A stretch of DNA of 64,000 nucleotides, from positions 19,862 to 83,861 of the IMG/VR virus record IMGVR_UViG_3300032020_001000, one strand, 5' to 3'. The notes beneath the pieces are model-generated. The model ran no database searches. It was given only the letters and a program-made list of their open reading frames with translations, and was not told where the DNA came from. Made by a program: the position numbers and the translations under genes. Within the stretch, counting starts at the first letter, position 1. Each line of letters opens with the position of its first letter. Positions 1 to 9,820 of the stretch are shown piece after piece. The stretch comes from a virus.

Positions 1-106
1 GTGGATCGAATGTGACACGATGCTGGATGCGGATGATGCCCGGCGGCTGACGATTGTGCAGATCCACCCACTGGTAGCCGAGGGCGGGATGGAGGGTAAG
101 GTATGA
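1..106 (+). CDS. 3' end of an upstream gene (partial)
   Basis: Open frame WIECDTMLD...MEGKV* whose TGA overlaps the ATG at 103 (ATGA). Confidence 0.5.
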   Translation, partial: WIECDTMLDADDARRLTIVQIHPLVAEGGMEGKV

Positions 107-1359
107 AGGTCATCTGTACGGGAGATTGGCATATCGGGGACGCCCGAACCTTGCGCGATGCCCAAGGACGCAACCAGCGCCTCATGGACTTTGCGCGATG
201 TGCCCGCTTCGTGATTGAGGACGGGATCGCGCGGGGCGCCGAACTGATCCTGCACGCTGGCGACATTTGGAATGGCCCACGCCCGACACCGCTAGAGACG
301 CGACTAGCCAAGGACGCATTCGATGTGGCGCTGGCGGCGGGCGTGCCTGTGCTCGCGATTGTGGGCAACCATGACATGCCGCGCTCGCCGGCGGAATATC
401 ATGCGCTCGACCATCTGCGCGACACCCCCGGGCTGACCATTGTTGACCGGCCCTGCCTATTAGGGTTTGCGCTTGGTGATGCTGAACCCATGCTGAGCCA
501 AGTGGCGGCCATCGAGGCATGGGAGGGCCCTGCCTTTGGCGCATTGTCGCTCCAGATCGCTTGCCTGCCTTGGCCCAACAAGTCGCTGCTGCTACAGGAT
601 GCCGACGTCCGCAAGCTCGGGCCGGGCGAGGTCAACCTGCTCGTGCGCGAGCGCATGATGGATGTCGCGCGCGCACTGGCCGGGCAGTTGCGGCCCGACG
701 TGCCCAGCATCCTGCTGGCCCACTGCAGCCTCGATGTGGCAGCGGCCGGGACGCAGGATCGGCTGATGATGCTCGGTGGCGACTGGACGCTGAATGCCGC
801 GGAGATCGCCGCGCTCGGTTTCACCTACGTCGCCCTCGGCCACATCCACAAGCCGCAGCAGATCGCAGGCAGTCTCTGGTACAGCGGCAGCCCCGAGGCC
901 TGCACATTCGGCGAGGAGGGCGAGGCCAAGCAGTACCTTCTCGTGGACATCGCGCCGGACGACCCCGAGGGCATCGAGATCGAGCAAGTCCCCACGCCGT
1001 ACCGCAACTTCATAACCATCGACGCGGCTGCGGGTTTCACGACATGCACTGAGGAGGTCGGCGGCGCCATCGTGCGGCTGCGCCTACCCGAGGCACAAAT
1101 GAATAACGCGAACACACTGCGCACGGCGCTACTTGGTGCAGGCGCGCTCGAGGTCAGCATCGAGATCGAGCGTGCCGAGTCGCAGCGGCGGGCAGGCGCG
1201 CTGGAGGTCTCGCACGGTATGGAGGTCGAGCCCGCGCTGCGGGCCTGGATCGCGCAGCGGCCCGACCTGGAGCCGCTTGCCGATGGCCTGGTGGCGGAGG
1301 GCCTTGCTATTGATCGCGGTCTGAGCGATCATCCTGAGCCGCGAGGAGCCGAGGCATGA
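103..1359 (+). CDS. sbcD: SbcD/Mre11-like metallophosphoesterase nuclease
   Basis: Motifs GDWH, AGD, GNHD, LAH, LGHIH, YSGS; near an SbcC-like gene. Confidence 0.92.
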   Translation: MKVICTGDWHIGDARTLRDAQGRNQRLMDFARCARFVIEDGIARGAELILHAGDIWNGPRPTPLETRLAKDAFDVALAAGVPVLAIVGNHDMPRSPAEYHALDHLRDTPGLTIVDRPCLLGFALGDAEPMLSQVAAIEAWEGPAFGALSLQIACLPWPNKSLLLQDADVRKLGPGEVNLLVRERMMDVARALAGQLRPDVPSILLAHCSLDVAAAGTQDRLMMLGGDWTLNAAEIAALGFTYVALGHIHKPQQIAGSLWYSGSPEACTFGEEGEAKQYLLVDIAPDDPEGIEIEQVPTPYRNFITIDAAAGFTTCTEEVGGAIVRLRLPEAQMNNANTLRTALLGAGALEVSIEIERAESQRRAGALEVSHGMEVEPALRAWIAQRPDLEPLADGLVAEGLAIDRGLSDHPEPRGAEA

Positions 1360-1652
1360 CCGATCTCGAGTTCTTTATGCACCGCGTGCGAGACACCGGC
1401 CGTGGTCATAATATCGGCGAGCTACGGAAGGCCATCTATCGCATTGCCAGCACCGATGATGCACAGCAGTTTTTCCGTGGTGAGGAGATTGCGAGATCAA
1501 ACATCGGCTACCTATTGGGATACCTCAACGGCGAAGAGCGGCGGCGCAAGGCGGCTTTCTGGGTATCGGCCTGTGGTGTAAGGCATCCCATCTTTGGCTC
1601 ACAAGCTCACCGCCGGAGCGATGATTCCGGCCCGCCCGAGGTGGGCGGATGA
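1356..1652 (+). CDS. hypothetical protein
   Basis: ATGA-coupled to sbcD, RBS-like GAGG. Confidence 0.6.
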   Translation: MTDLEFFMHRVRDTGRGHNIGELRKAIYRIASTDDAQQFFRGEEIARSNIGYLLGYLNGEERRRKAAFWVSACGVRHPIFGSQAHRRSDDSGPPEVGG

Positions 1653-1954
1653 GTTCCTTCCTCGATGATGTGGGTTTGTTGATTGCAGAGACGACACAGT
1701 GTGCCGAGTGCGGCACAGACAGGCCGCCGCAGGCGTGGACATCAGGCGGCGCGATCCACATCAACTATGGCGGCGGTCGCGGGAAGTGGCTGCGGTTCTG
1801 GAATGGGAGCCTGGGATGGGAGGCGCTGCCCGACCCCGAGGGTCCGCGCGCCTGGTGCCCAGAGTGCAGGCGCAAGCGCGCAGCGCAACTGGACCGGACG
1901 CGCCAACGAGCGGTCGCGGAACGAATGCGAAGGGAGAGCGAGCCACATGGCTGA
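1649..1954 (+). CDS. hypothetical protein, two CxxC pairs
   Basis: CAEC...CPEC; coupled ORF. Confidence 0.55.
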   Translation: MSSFLDDVGLLIAETTQCAECGTDRPPQAWTSGGAIHINYGGGRGKWLRFWNGSLGWEALPDPEGPRAWCPECRRKRAAQLDRTRQRAVAERMRRESEPHG

Positions 1955-2192
1955 GCGCACGATTCAGTGTTACATCCAGAGCATCGAGAATACTCTCCTC
2001 GAGGTTGGGGGCGCCCTGAACCTTGAGGACTGGAGTGGGGTCTGCCAGCTTCTGGAGGGCATCGAGGAGGACCTCGAGGCCGCTAGGCTCATCGCCGAGG
2101 GCCACGAGGAGGCGGGACAGCGAAAGGAGGGGGAAGGGCTTGATATTGAGCTGCCTTTGCGCGATGAATCATCACCAGGAGGCGCGGCATGA
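1947..2192 (+). CDS. hypothetical acidic protein
   Basis: ATG at 1947 (MAERTIQ) after GGAG; fills the gap in the operon. Confidence 0.55.
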   Translation: MAERTIQCYIQSIENTLLEVGGALNLEDWSGVCQLLEGIEEDLEAARLIAEGHEEAGQRKEGEGLDIELPLRDESSPGGAA

Positions 2193-2521
2193 GCGAACAC
2201 ACGCCCGGGCCGTGGCGCGTCGAACCGGGGCGGGAAACCCGCGTTGGGGCCGACATTGTGATTGTCTCTCGGAACGGATTGGTCGCAATCGCATGTACCA
2301 TCCATGAGGGGGCCGTCAACGCCGAGGCCAACGCTCGCCTGATCGCCGCCGCGCCGGAGATGCTGGCGGCGCTGGAGGCAGCCGAGGCACTGCTCAATGA
2401 GCACGAACATTGCCTGCGAGAGGACTGCACAAATCCAGGATGCGTAGTTTATCGTCAAGCGAGAGCCGCCATCGCCAAGGCGAGAGGCGGTGCAGAGGAC
2501 CCAGGAAAGGCAACGGGATGA
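2189..2521 (+). CDS. conserved phage protein (HTPGPW...ANARLIAAAPE type)
   Basis: Recognisable HTPGPW and NARLIAAAPEML motifs; AGGAGG RBS. Confidence 0.8.
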   Translation: MSEHTPGPWRVEPGRETRVGADIVIVSRNGLVAIACTIHEGAVNAEANARLIAAAPEMLAALEAAEALLNEHEHCLREDCTNPGCVVYRQARAAIAKARGGAEDPGKATG

Positions 2522-4947
2522 GACCGCTTAGTCTGAGGCTCGACAACTTCCAGAGCTATAGGGGCCCGCACGAGCTTGACCTGCACGGGATCAACCTCGC
2601 CATACTGAGCGGCCCCAACGGCGCGGGCAAGTCCTCGATCATCGATGCCATACGCTATGCCCTGTGGGGATATGCTCGCGCTGGCGCCGATAGCGTCGTC
2701 ACCGAGGGCGAGAACGTCGGGCGGGTGGAATTCGAGTTCGCGCTGGGGGCTGACCACTATCTGGTCAGCCGTCAGCGGAATCGCAAAGGGGGTGGCGGGA
2801 CAGCGCTGAGTTTCCAGAGCGTCATCGGCGACATCCTCCCACACGGGCGGCTCAACAACATAGTGCTCGATGGCAAAACGGTCGGGGAGACGCAGGCCAG
2901 CATCGAGCATGTCCTGCGCATGACCGATGATCTCTTCACCCAGACTGCCTGTGCCAACCAGGGGAATGCTGCCGCCTTCTCCCAGGCCCGGCCCGCCGAC
3001 CGCAAGCGCGTGCTTGGCGATATCCTCGACCTGGCGGCATGGGAGCGCCGGGCCGAGGCCGCGCGGCAGGCATCGCGGGAGGCGCAGGGTCGGATTGATC
3101 GGGCGAGCGCCGATATCCAGGCTGCCCAGACTGAGGCCGCAAAGCAGCCGGACATCGAGGCTCAGATCGCAACCAACGCCGAGCGCATCGCCTATGCCGA
3201 GCGCGACCAGCAAGGCATCCAGGCCGACCTAGCCACAGTGCAGGAGCAGCGGGTCGCCGCGATCGCACTGCGGGATGGCGCAGTGCGCAAGAGCGAGGAA
3301 CTGCAGGAGGCTCAGGGCCGGTGGCGGCTGATCGAGAGCCAGGTCAATGACCGTGCTGCGCGGCTGCGGAATCTCCAGCAGGTCACTGCTGACCGCGTCA
3401 ATGTCGAGCAGGCGCTGGCGCAGGCTATCGCAGCGGCGGAGCGCGCCGAGGAATTGGCGGACGCGCAGCGCCAGGCCCAAGAGATCGCGCATGAGGAAAA
3501 GCTAATTGTCGAACGAGCGGCCACCGCCAAGCGCGAGCATGAGGCAGAGATCGCCCGGGTCACCGAGGCACTCAGAGGTATCAAGCGGGACTATTCGCAC
3601 CAGGTGCAGGCGCTCGATACCGAGGTCGCGCACATCCGGGAGGTTCATCTCCATCGGGTCGCGCAACTCGACGACCAGCACGAGCGGCTCGCCAGGCAGG
3701 CGGAAGTGCTGGACGAGGTGCCGTGCGCCAACCCGGTTGACGAGGCCACGCGCCCTTCGTTCTTCGCCATCCGAGACAAATGCCCGCTGATCGCCCAGGC
3801 ACGCGAAGCCGTGGCGCAGATCGGCGCCGTGTACGCAGACCTTACGGCCGCCCGGGCAGCGGCTCCCTGGGCGGAGCGGCAGGCGGAGCTGGACGCCCTC
3901 CGCGGCCAGGCGAGCCAGATTGGGGCACCAGAGGCCGCCAGGCTCGCGCTGCTCGAGCGGGACGACCCACTGGCGCAGATCAGGGCCGACAGCGCCGCCC
4001 TGGCCGCCCGGCGCGCAGCGCTGGGCTACGTGGCGGGCACTTGGGAAGAGGCTCGTCGCGAGGCGGATAAGCGCCCGGCGCTTGAGATCCGCATGCGCGA
4101 GATCGAGGTCGCCGCGGCGCAGGCAGCGGAGCTGCAGGCTGCGCTGGATGAGGCGCGTCGGGCGGCAGCCGACCTGGGCGAGCGCGTCGCCCAAATCCAG
4201 TCGGAGATGCTCGACCCCGCCGCGATCCAGCGCAAGCTGAGCGATGTTGACGCGGAAATCCATCGCTGCGAGACAGCGCTGGTTGATCTGCGCACGACGA
4301 TCTCCCGCGCGCAAGCGCAGGCGGGTGCGCTGCACGAACGCCTCGAGGCGGCTCGCCGAGATGCCCGGCATGCAGACGAACTGCTGGAACTGCTGGAGAC
4401 GCTCGAGCGCCGGCGCCAACTGCTCGACCTGCTCGGCAACCCCCGTAGCGGCGCATTCTCACGGTCAGGCATCCCCGCACTCCTCATTGACCAGGCCGTG
4501 CCCGAGCTCGAGGCCGCGGCCAACGAGGTGCTGCGCGAGCTGAGCGATGGCCGGATGTCGGTGGCGCTGCACACGCAGCGCGAGACGCAGGCAAAGACTC
4601 TCAGCGAAACCCTCGAGATCATCGTCGCCGACGAGCGGGGAGAGCGGCCGTACGAGACGTTCTCCGGCGGCGAGGCAATGAGGGTTGACCTGGGCCTCCG
4701 CATTGGACTCTCGCGGCTGCTGGCAGCACGCGCGGGCGCGCGCTGCGAGATGCTGGTGATGGATGAGACCGCGGCCCCTCTCGATGCAGATGGCCGGCGC
4801 CTGTTCGTGCAGTGCCTGGGCCGGGTGGCGGAGCGCTTCGCATGCGTGCTGTGTATCAGCCACGTCGAGGAACTGAAGGACTTGTTCCCGGCGCAGATCG
4901 CTGTGAGCAAAGGCGATGGCGGCAGCCGCCTGGAGGTGTTGCGGTGA
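2518..4947 (+). CDS. sbcC: SbcC/Rad50 SMC-like ATPase
   Basis: Walker A GPNGAGKS, long coiled coil, signature FSGGE, Walker B LVMDE, ISH; start moved to the coupled ATG at 2518. Confidence 0.92.
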   Translation: MRPLSLRLDNFQSYRGPHELDLHGINLAILSGPNGAGKSSIIDAIRYALWGYARAGADSVVTEGENVGRVEFEFALGADHYLVSRQRNRKGGGGTALSFQSVIGDILPHGRLNNIVLDGKTVGETQASIEHVLRMTDDLFTQTACANQGNAAAFSQARPADRKRVLGDILDLAAWERRAEAARQASREAQGRIDRASADIQAAQTEAAKQPDIEAQIATNAERIAYAERDQQGIQADLATVQEQRVAAIALRDGAVRKSEELQEAQGRWRLIESQVNDRAARLRNLQQVTADRVNVEQALAQAIAAAERAEELADAQRQAQEIAHEEKLIVERAATAKREHEAEIARVTEALRGIKRDYSHQVQALDTEVAHIREVHLHRVAQLDDQHERLARQAEVLDEVPCANPVDEATRPSFFAIRDKCPLIAQAREAVAQIGAVYADLTAARAAAPWAERQAELDALRGQASQIGAPEAARLALLERDDPLAQIRADSAALAARRAALGYVAGTWEEARREADKRPALEIRMREIEVAAAQAAELQAALDEARRAAADLGERVAQIQSEMLDPAAIQRKLSDVDAEIHRCETALVDLRTTISRAQAQAGALHERLEAARRDARHADELLELLETLERRRQLLDLLGNPRSGAFSRSGIPALLIDQAVPELEAAANEVLRELSDGRMSVALHTQRETQAKTLSETLEIIVADERGERPYETFSGGEAMRVDLGLRIGLSRLLAARAGARCEMLVMDETAAPLDADGRRLFVQCLGRVAERFACVLCISHVEELKDLFPAQIAVSKGDGGSRLEVLR

Positions 4948-5171
4948 GGACGATCATTGGCATCGGCGGATGGTGGTTGGCGGGGTGGTGGGTGCTGGAC
5001 GGCCCACTGATGTGGCGGGTCGTGTGGATGGCGGTGGGATTCGCCATCATCCTGTGCATCGGCGGCTGGGAGGAGAATGCGAGCGTGCGCAGACGAGCCG
5101 CGCGATCCCTGCGCCGGAATGCGCACAAGGTCCTGGGCCAGGACATCAGCGTCAAGTTGGGCGGCGGGTAG
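4944..5171 (+). CDS. small membrane protein
   Basis: GTG coupled to the sbcC stop; two hydrophobic Trp-rich segments. Confidence 0.5.
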   Translation: MRTIIGIGGWWLAGWWVLDGPLMWRVVWMAVGFAIILCIGGWEENASVRRRAARSLRRNAHKVLGQDISVKLGGG

Positions 5172-5257
5172 TGTATGCGTTAGCGATTGGCGCATGCCTC
5201 CATCGGCGCCGGAAGACGCCGCCGGGCGAATACGGTGCCGATTGCTGCCCGCCGCCC
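5156..5257 (+). ncRNA. structured intergenic element, copy 1
   Basis: 97/102 identical to 13105-13206; 13-bp closing stem plus two inner hairpins. Confidence 0.55.
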
Positions 5258-5285
5258 GCAATGAAAATCGAGAGGAGCCGACAGC

Positions 5286-5624
5286 ATGAAGATCGACATT
5301 AACAAACTGAGTCCCACCGAATTGAGCGACGTGGCCGAGGCCGCGCGTGAGCGGCTGGGCGCGGTGACCGAGGCGCAGAAGAACCTCGTCATAGCGAGGG
5401 AGGGTCTGCGGCGATCCATTGTGGAGAGGGATGGAGCCCGGGGCGATGTCCGCATCTACCGGGCGGAGATTGCGGAACTGGAGCAGATCATCAGCCCGAA
5501 GCGGCGACGCAAGGCGAAGGGGGCGCCGGATGAGGAGTGCGCCACGACGGTTGAGAGCGATGGCGCTGGCGCGGTTCCTGCGACAGTCGCGCCCAGATCG
5601 CGGAAGCAGCGGAGCCAGCCTTAA
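5286..5624 (+). CDS. small coiled-coil protein with basic tail (paralog of 12601-12885)
   Basis: MKIDINKLSPTEL...PKRRRKA; GAGGAG RBS. Confidence 0.75.
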   Translation: MKIDINKLSPTELSDVAEAARERLGAVTEAQKNLVIAREGLRRSIVERDGARGDVRIYRAEIAELEQIISPKRRRKAKGAPDEECATTVESDGAGAVPATVAPRSRKQRSQP

Positions 5625-5715
5625 CAGGGCGGCGGGCGTGATCTCGCCGCTTGACTTTTCTGCCGACCGGAGTGACAGATAACAGCCCGCGCTGCGGATG
5701 AAAGGAGTCGATGGG

Positions 5716-6012
5716 ATGCCAGCATTTATGGGCACGGTCAAGGGCACGAAGCTTGTCTACGTGGACGAGAAAGAGGAGGGGCAGATCATCAGTACCCATC
5801 CCGAGTGTATCGTCGGGCTGATCGCGCAGGACGAGAATCCACATGAGCTCGCGGACGCTCTCGGCGCGCTGCATGGCCGGCGCGTGCGCGTGCAGATCAC
5901 GCTGGAGCAGCCGGAGCTCTTCCCGGAGCGCGCCGCCGAGCAGACGGGAGCGCGGACCGCCGCGGAGATGGCAGAGCATGCAGCAGATCTGGAGCCGATG
6001 CAGGAGGAGTAG
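5716..6012 (+). CDS. hypothetical protein
   Basis: AAGGAG RBS before MPAFMGT. Confidence 0.65.
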   Translation: MPAFMGTVKGTKLVYVDEKEEGQIISTHPECIVGLIAQDENPHELADALGALHGRRVRVQITLEQPELFPERAAEQTGARTAAEMAEHAADLEPMQEE

Positions 6013-6023
6013 CAGCAACGGCA

Positions 6024-6977
6024 ATGGAGGGCAGCGTGGCCGGTCGCACGATTTACAGCAGCATCTGGGATGAGCCCTGGTTTCACACATTCACTCCCGA
6101 CGCCAAGTTGCTGTTCCTCTATTTCGTCACCTCTCCGTTGGCGAACCCATCGGGAATCTACAGCATATTGCCGGGCCTCATCGCCGCGCACACGGGCTTG
6201 CGTGGCGTCCGCCTGGATCGCGCCCTAGATGGCATCACGGAGCGTTGCTGCTACGACCCCGACGATGGGGTGGTCTGGGTCAAGAACTTCCTGCGCGTCC
6301 AGGCCGGCGAAGTCAAGGCCGGATCGAAGTTCCTTATCTCGGCACTCAACCATGCCCTGCGCGGGCCGAAGCGGTTTTTGCGCGACTTTCTGGAGCACAA
6401 TCGGGACCTCCTCGGGGGGCTGCCAGCATACCCTACGGATACCCTATCGGTAGGGTATCGAGAGGGTATCGATACCCCCAAGAGAGAGGGACTAGTCCCT
6501 CCCCCTCTCTCAGGCTCAGGCTCAGTCCCTCCCTCAGGCTTAGTCACAGACCCAGGCTCAGAGGGAGGGAGGGGAGGCGCGAAACCGCTCCGCGTTTCCG
6601 CGCGGTCGCCCGAGCAAATCGCCGCCGACATCGAGGCCATCCTCGCAGCCACCGGATTCCGGGATAGTTACCAGGCCCTGGCAGATATACTGGCGGCCGA
6701 AAACAAGCGCGGGAAAGTGGCCGCTTCGCGGTTGCTCACAACCCTGCTGCAGCCGCTATGGCACGAGGAGCAGCAACGAGCCGGGGATGAGGCTGGTCGC
6801 ATCGCCTTCGAGTACGGGCTGCAGGCGGCGATACAAGCCGGCGCCCCAAACGTCAACTACGTCAAGCGCGCGACGGAAGGCGCGCTGAAGCGAGGAACCC
6901 GTGCAGAGACTCGGGCGGGTGTTGGAATCCGGCGCAGTGATGCCGGCCCCAGGGAGAAGGATTGGCATGAGGTCTGA
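6024..6977 (+). CDS. phage replication initiator-like protein
   Basis: N-terminal IWDEPWF...AKLLFLYF wHTH-like segment, low-complexity linker with iteron-like repeats, followed by a DnaC-like gene. Confidence 0.75.
   Translation: MEGSVAGRTIYSSIWDEPWFHTFTPDAKLLFLYFVTSPLANPSGIYSILPGLIAAHTGLRGVRLDRALDGITERCCYDPDDGVVWVKNFLRVQAGEVKAGSKFLISALNHALRGPKRFLRDFLEHNRDLLGGLPAYPTDTLSVGYREGIDTPKREGLVPPPLSGSGSVPPSGLVTDPGSEGGRGGAKPLRVSARSPEQIAADIEAILAATGFRDSYQALADILAAENKRGKVAASRLLTTLLQPLWHEEQQRAGDEAGRIAFEYGLQAAIQAGAPNVNYVKRATEGALKRGTRAETRAGVGIRRSDAGPREKDWHEV
6428..6478. repeat. iteron-like GATACCC/GGGTATC direct and inverted repeats (candidate origin)
   Basis: Five copies at 6428, 6438, 6451(rc), 6462(rc) and 6471 inside the initiator gene. 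Confidence 0.55.
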
Positions 6978-7914
6978 CTTCGTTGCCGCCGATCCGAAAT
7001 GCCCGGCGTGTGGCGCGTCGGCGAAGCTGGTGCAGGACCCGGTGCTCGATGAGATCGCGGCATTCCTGGCTTGCGACTGCTATGGGCCAGGCGACTATCC
7101 ATTGGCCGAGGCGACGCCGCCCCCGCGGCCAGCCAGCGGGCCTTGCACTGACTGTGGCGCTGCGGAGACGCGGACCTGGGTTGCGGCTATCCGGCGTTGG
7201 CGCTATATGCGTGATTGCACGACCGAATGCGCCTGCGCCGCTTGCGAAGAGCGCAGGGACCGGGAGACACATGCTGCCGCCCAGGCCGAGATGGCCCAGC
7301 GACTGGTGGCCATATTGGACTGCGAGCGGCGCCTGCGGGCGGCCGGCATCCCCCGCGCCTACGGGCGCTGCGAGATCGCCACGTACCAGGCGCTCCCCGA
7401 GGTTGCGACAGCGAAGCAGCGGGTGATTGAGTTTGCGGGGCGTCTGAGTGATCACCTGAACGCCGGCCGCGGCCTCTGGTTCATCGGGCCGACCGGGACC
7501 GGCAAAACCCACTTGGCGGTGGCGGTGCTCAAGCTGGCGATTGATGCGGGCTGGGGTGGCCTCTACTGCTGGACGCGGGATTACCTGCGTGACTTGCGCG
7601 CGTCCTACGACGACCGCCAACTCGACCCGCTGCCCCGCCTCTTGGGGGCATCTGTTCTGCTGCTCGACGACGTGGGAGAGGCGCGCCTGGACCGCAACCC
7701 CGAGTGGGTGCGCGAGGCCCTGATTGATGTACTGGGTCACCGCCACATGGACCTGCGGCCAACATTGGTGACCAGCAACCGCAGTCGCCGAGAGCTGCGC
7801 GAGGACCTCGACGAGCGGATCACCAGTCGGCTGGCAGAGATGTGCGAAGTGGTGGTCCTGGAGGGTCCGGATTATCGGCTGCGCGAGGGCGCGGGAGACA
7901 GGAGTGCCGGGTGA
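6967..7914 (+). CDS. DnaC/IstB-like AAA+ helicase loader with N-terminal Zn fingers
   Basis: GPTGTGKT, LLLDDVG, TSN, RITSRL; several CxxC. Confidence 0.88.
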   Translation: MRSDFVAADPKCPACGASAKLVQDPVLDEIAAFLACDCYGPGDYPLAEATPPPRPASGPCTDCGAAETRTWVAAIRRWRYMRDCTTECACAACEERRDRETHAAAQAEMAQRLVAILDCERRLRAAGIPRAYGRCEIATYQALPEVATAKQRVIEFAGRLSDHLNAGRGLWFIGPTGTGKTHLAVAVLKLAIDAGWGGLYCWTRDYLRDLRASYDDRQLDPLPRLLGASVLLLDDVGEARLDRNPEWVREALIDVLGHRHMDLRPTLVTSNRSRRELREDLDERITSRLAEMCEVVVLEGPDYRLREGAGDRSAG

Positions 7915-8243
7915 CTGAGGCAATGCCGACCCTGAGCCAGAAATGCGGGCTGTGTGGTCGGGCATTCGAGCAGGGCGAGGAGCGGCAGGGCGCCGGCGAC
8001 ATCGGGGCGCAGGCTATCAATGTCCGCTGCTCAGTGCCGGCGGCAATCTGCATCGTCGGCTGCGTGCTTCTCGCATTGCGCCATCCCGACAACGAGGGCC
8101 CATGCTCGATGCCAGCGCGCGTCTTTGCGCGAGGCCTAGCCGAGGCGATTATCCGGAGCGGTCTCATTCCGGTGCCACAGGCAGTGTACCAAGAATGGGC
8201 GCGGGAGCTGGGGATCGCTGGGCCGCAGCGAGGCAATGCATGA
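7911..8243 (+). CDS. hypothetical Cys-containing protein
   Basis: GTGA-coupled; CGLC...CVGC. Confidence 0.5.
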   Translation: MTEAMPTLSQKCGLCGRAFEQGEERQGAGDIGAQAINVRCSVPAAICIVGCVLLALRHPDNEGPCSMPARVFARGLAEAIIRSGLIPVPQAVYQEWARELGIAGPQRGNA

Positions 8244-8554
8244 GCGACGGCGAGGAGATCATCGTCATCTGCCTGCCAACATCCTGCGGCGCGCCGCGCG
8301 CGCCCTCCGAGCGGCGCGAGTGCGCGAACTGCGGGCGGGCAATCTGGCTGCACACCGAGATGGTTCCTGTGGCCACGCGTTGTATCTGCATGGCCTGCGC
8401 CGCGCGGCTGCCCGTCCCGCCTGCCGTAGTGCATTCGGTAACGCGGAGTTACCTGCATTCGCGCCGATACTCCGATGCACTCATCGACCGCATCCTGGGC
8501 GCATTCAACCGAGCCATCGCGGAAGCGGGGCAACCGCCAGAAGGAAAGCCCTGA
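8240..8554 (+). CDS. hypothetical Zn-finger-like protein
   Basis: ATGA-coupled; CANC...CMAC. Confidence 0.55.
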   Translation: MSDGEEIIVICLPTSCGAPRAPSERRECANCGRAIWLHTEMVPVATRCICMACAARLPVPPAVVHSVTRSYLHSRRYSDALIDRILGAFNRAIAEAGQPPEGKP

Positions 8555-8763
8555 TGCCCTGGAAGCGCCTGCGATGCAAAGGCTGCGGGGCGGTGCAGCG
8601 CATCTATCGCCGTCCCAGCCGGAACAAACCGGCCGGTCACATCAAGCACCTGTGGTACTACCAGTGCAAGGCGCGTATCCATCATGTCGAGCTGAGCCCG
8701 CACGAGGCAAATGACGGGCGCGTGGGGCCGCGACCTATCGGCGCAAAGATCGGAGGGAAGTGA
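8554..8763 (+). CDS. small ribosomal protein L33-like zinc-ribbon protein
   Basis: RLRCKGCG...GHIKHLWYYQCKARIHHVE pattern; AAGGA RBS. Confidence 0.5.
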   Translation: MPWKRLRCKGCGAVQRIYRRPSRNKPAGHIKHLWYYQCKARIHHVELSPHEANDGRVGPRPIGAKIGGK

Positions 8764-9005
8764 TGGGAGCATTCGACGGATTCAAGGTCGGCAGCCGGTT
8801 GATCCTGACGCATGATGCGCGGGATTTTGCCGCCGCGGGCGATGAGGTCGAGGTGGTGGCCATGCTGCAGCCGGGCGATTGCGACGGCGCGATCCGGGTG
8901 CCCGACGATGGCATCCGGGTCAAGCGAGTGGGCGGCCGGATTAGCGAGCTCCACCCCGAGGAAATGGAGTTCGTCTGGGCCTGCGGCCGGCGGTATTTTG
9001 AGTGA
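8760..9005 (+). CDS. hypothetical protein
   Basis: Coupled ORF with GGAGG RBS. Confidence 0.55.
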   Translation: MMGAFDGFKVGSRLILTHDARDFAAAGDEVEVVAMLQPGDCDGAIRVPDDGIRVKRVGGRISELHPEEMEFVWACGRRYFE

Positions 9006-9018
9006 ATGGGGTGATGCC

Positions 9019-9225
9019 ATGAGCCGACGGATTCCGCCATGCAAGTTCTGCGGCCGCGATCTGCGCCGTCTCAAACCGCGTATGCTGGTGAGCGAGGGCG
9101 GCCGGGGCAAACAGAAGCACTGGGCACTGTGCGCCGATCCGGACTGCATGAGAAAGTTCCGCGAGGAGACCAGGCAGGGCTTGCACGCATTGAGCCGAGG
9201 CGAAGAGCCAGGAGCGAGCACATGA
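9019..9225 (+). CDS. small Zn-finger-like protein
   Basis: CKFC...CADPDC. Confidence 0.5.
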   Translation: MSRRIPPCKFCGRDLRRLKPRMLVSEGGRGKQKHWALCADPDCMRKFREETRQGLHALSRGEEPGAST

Positions 9226-9521
9226 CCACCTACCCCGAGCACGAAAAGATGCAGGCGGTGCAGGAGAAGAGCCAGGCGTGCGGCGAGTTCGTCGAGTGGT
9301 TTCAGCAGCGTGGGATTCATCTCGCCGAATACACAACTTTCACCCACACGTACAAGGCGCTCAACGGTCAGACACGTGAGATCAAGCGCGTGGAGCTGGC
9401 GCTCAGCCGGCGCTTGTTGCAAGACCTGCTTGCCGAGTTCTTCGGCATTGACCTCCAGCGCCTTGAAGCGGAAAAGCGCGCGATGCTGGCGGCGGCGCGG
9501 CTCGAGAGAGGAGGCGCTTGA
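9222..9521 (+). CDS. conserved phage hypothetical protein (YPEHEK type)
   Basis: MTTYPEHEK...SQACGEFVEW...LLAEFFGID; AGGAG RBS. Confidence 0.7.
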   Translation: MTTYPEHEKMQAVQEKSQACGEFVEWFQQRGIHLAEYTTFTHTYKALNGQTREIKRVELALSRRLLQDLLAEFFGIDLQRLEAEKRAMLAAARLERGGA

Positions 9522-9790
9522 TGGCTCAGGAGATCCTGCGCGCAGCGATCATCCTCGCCATGTGCGACCTGGAATATCCGCTGCCTGCTGAGCGACCGTG
9601 GCAGAGTGAACATGCCCGTCAGGCATTGGCGACGGACCGCGAGCAGATCGACCTGGAGCGCCAGCAGTTCGGCATGAGCTTCGCCGACAGCACGGTCGGC
9701 GAGCTGATCGAATGGCTGCTCGCGGCGATCGGCGATGGGCGGGTGCGGCTTGTGGCGCGGGGGCAGAGTGATGGCGGCTACGGTCTATGA
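9521..9790 (+). CDS. hypothetical protein
   Basis: GAGGAGG RBS; coupled to the previous stop. Confidence 0.6.
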   Translation: MAQEILRAAIILAMCDLEYPLPAERPWQSEHARQALATDREQIDLERQQFGMSFADSTVGELIEWLLAAIGDGRVRLVARGQSDGGYGL

Positions 9791-9820
9791 CCTCGAGATC
9801 TTCTTGGAGGGACCGAACTG

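Noticed and set aside
5156-5257. Loose resemblance of the duplicated element to 5S rRNA
   Set aside because: Too short and lacks the conserved loop C (CCGAAC); only the general topology is similar.
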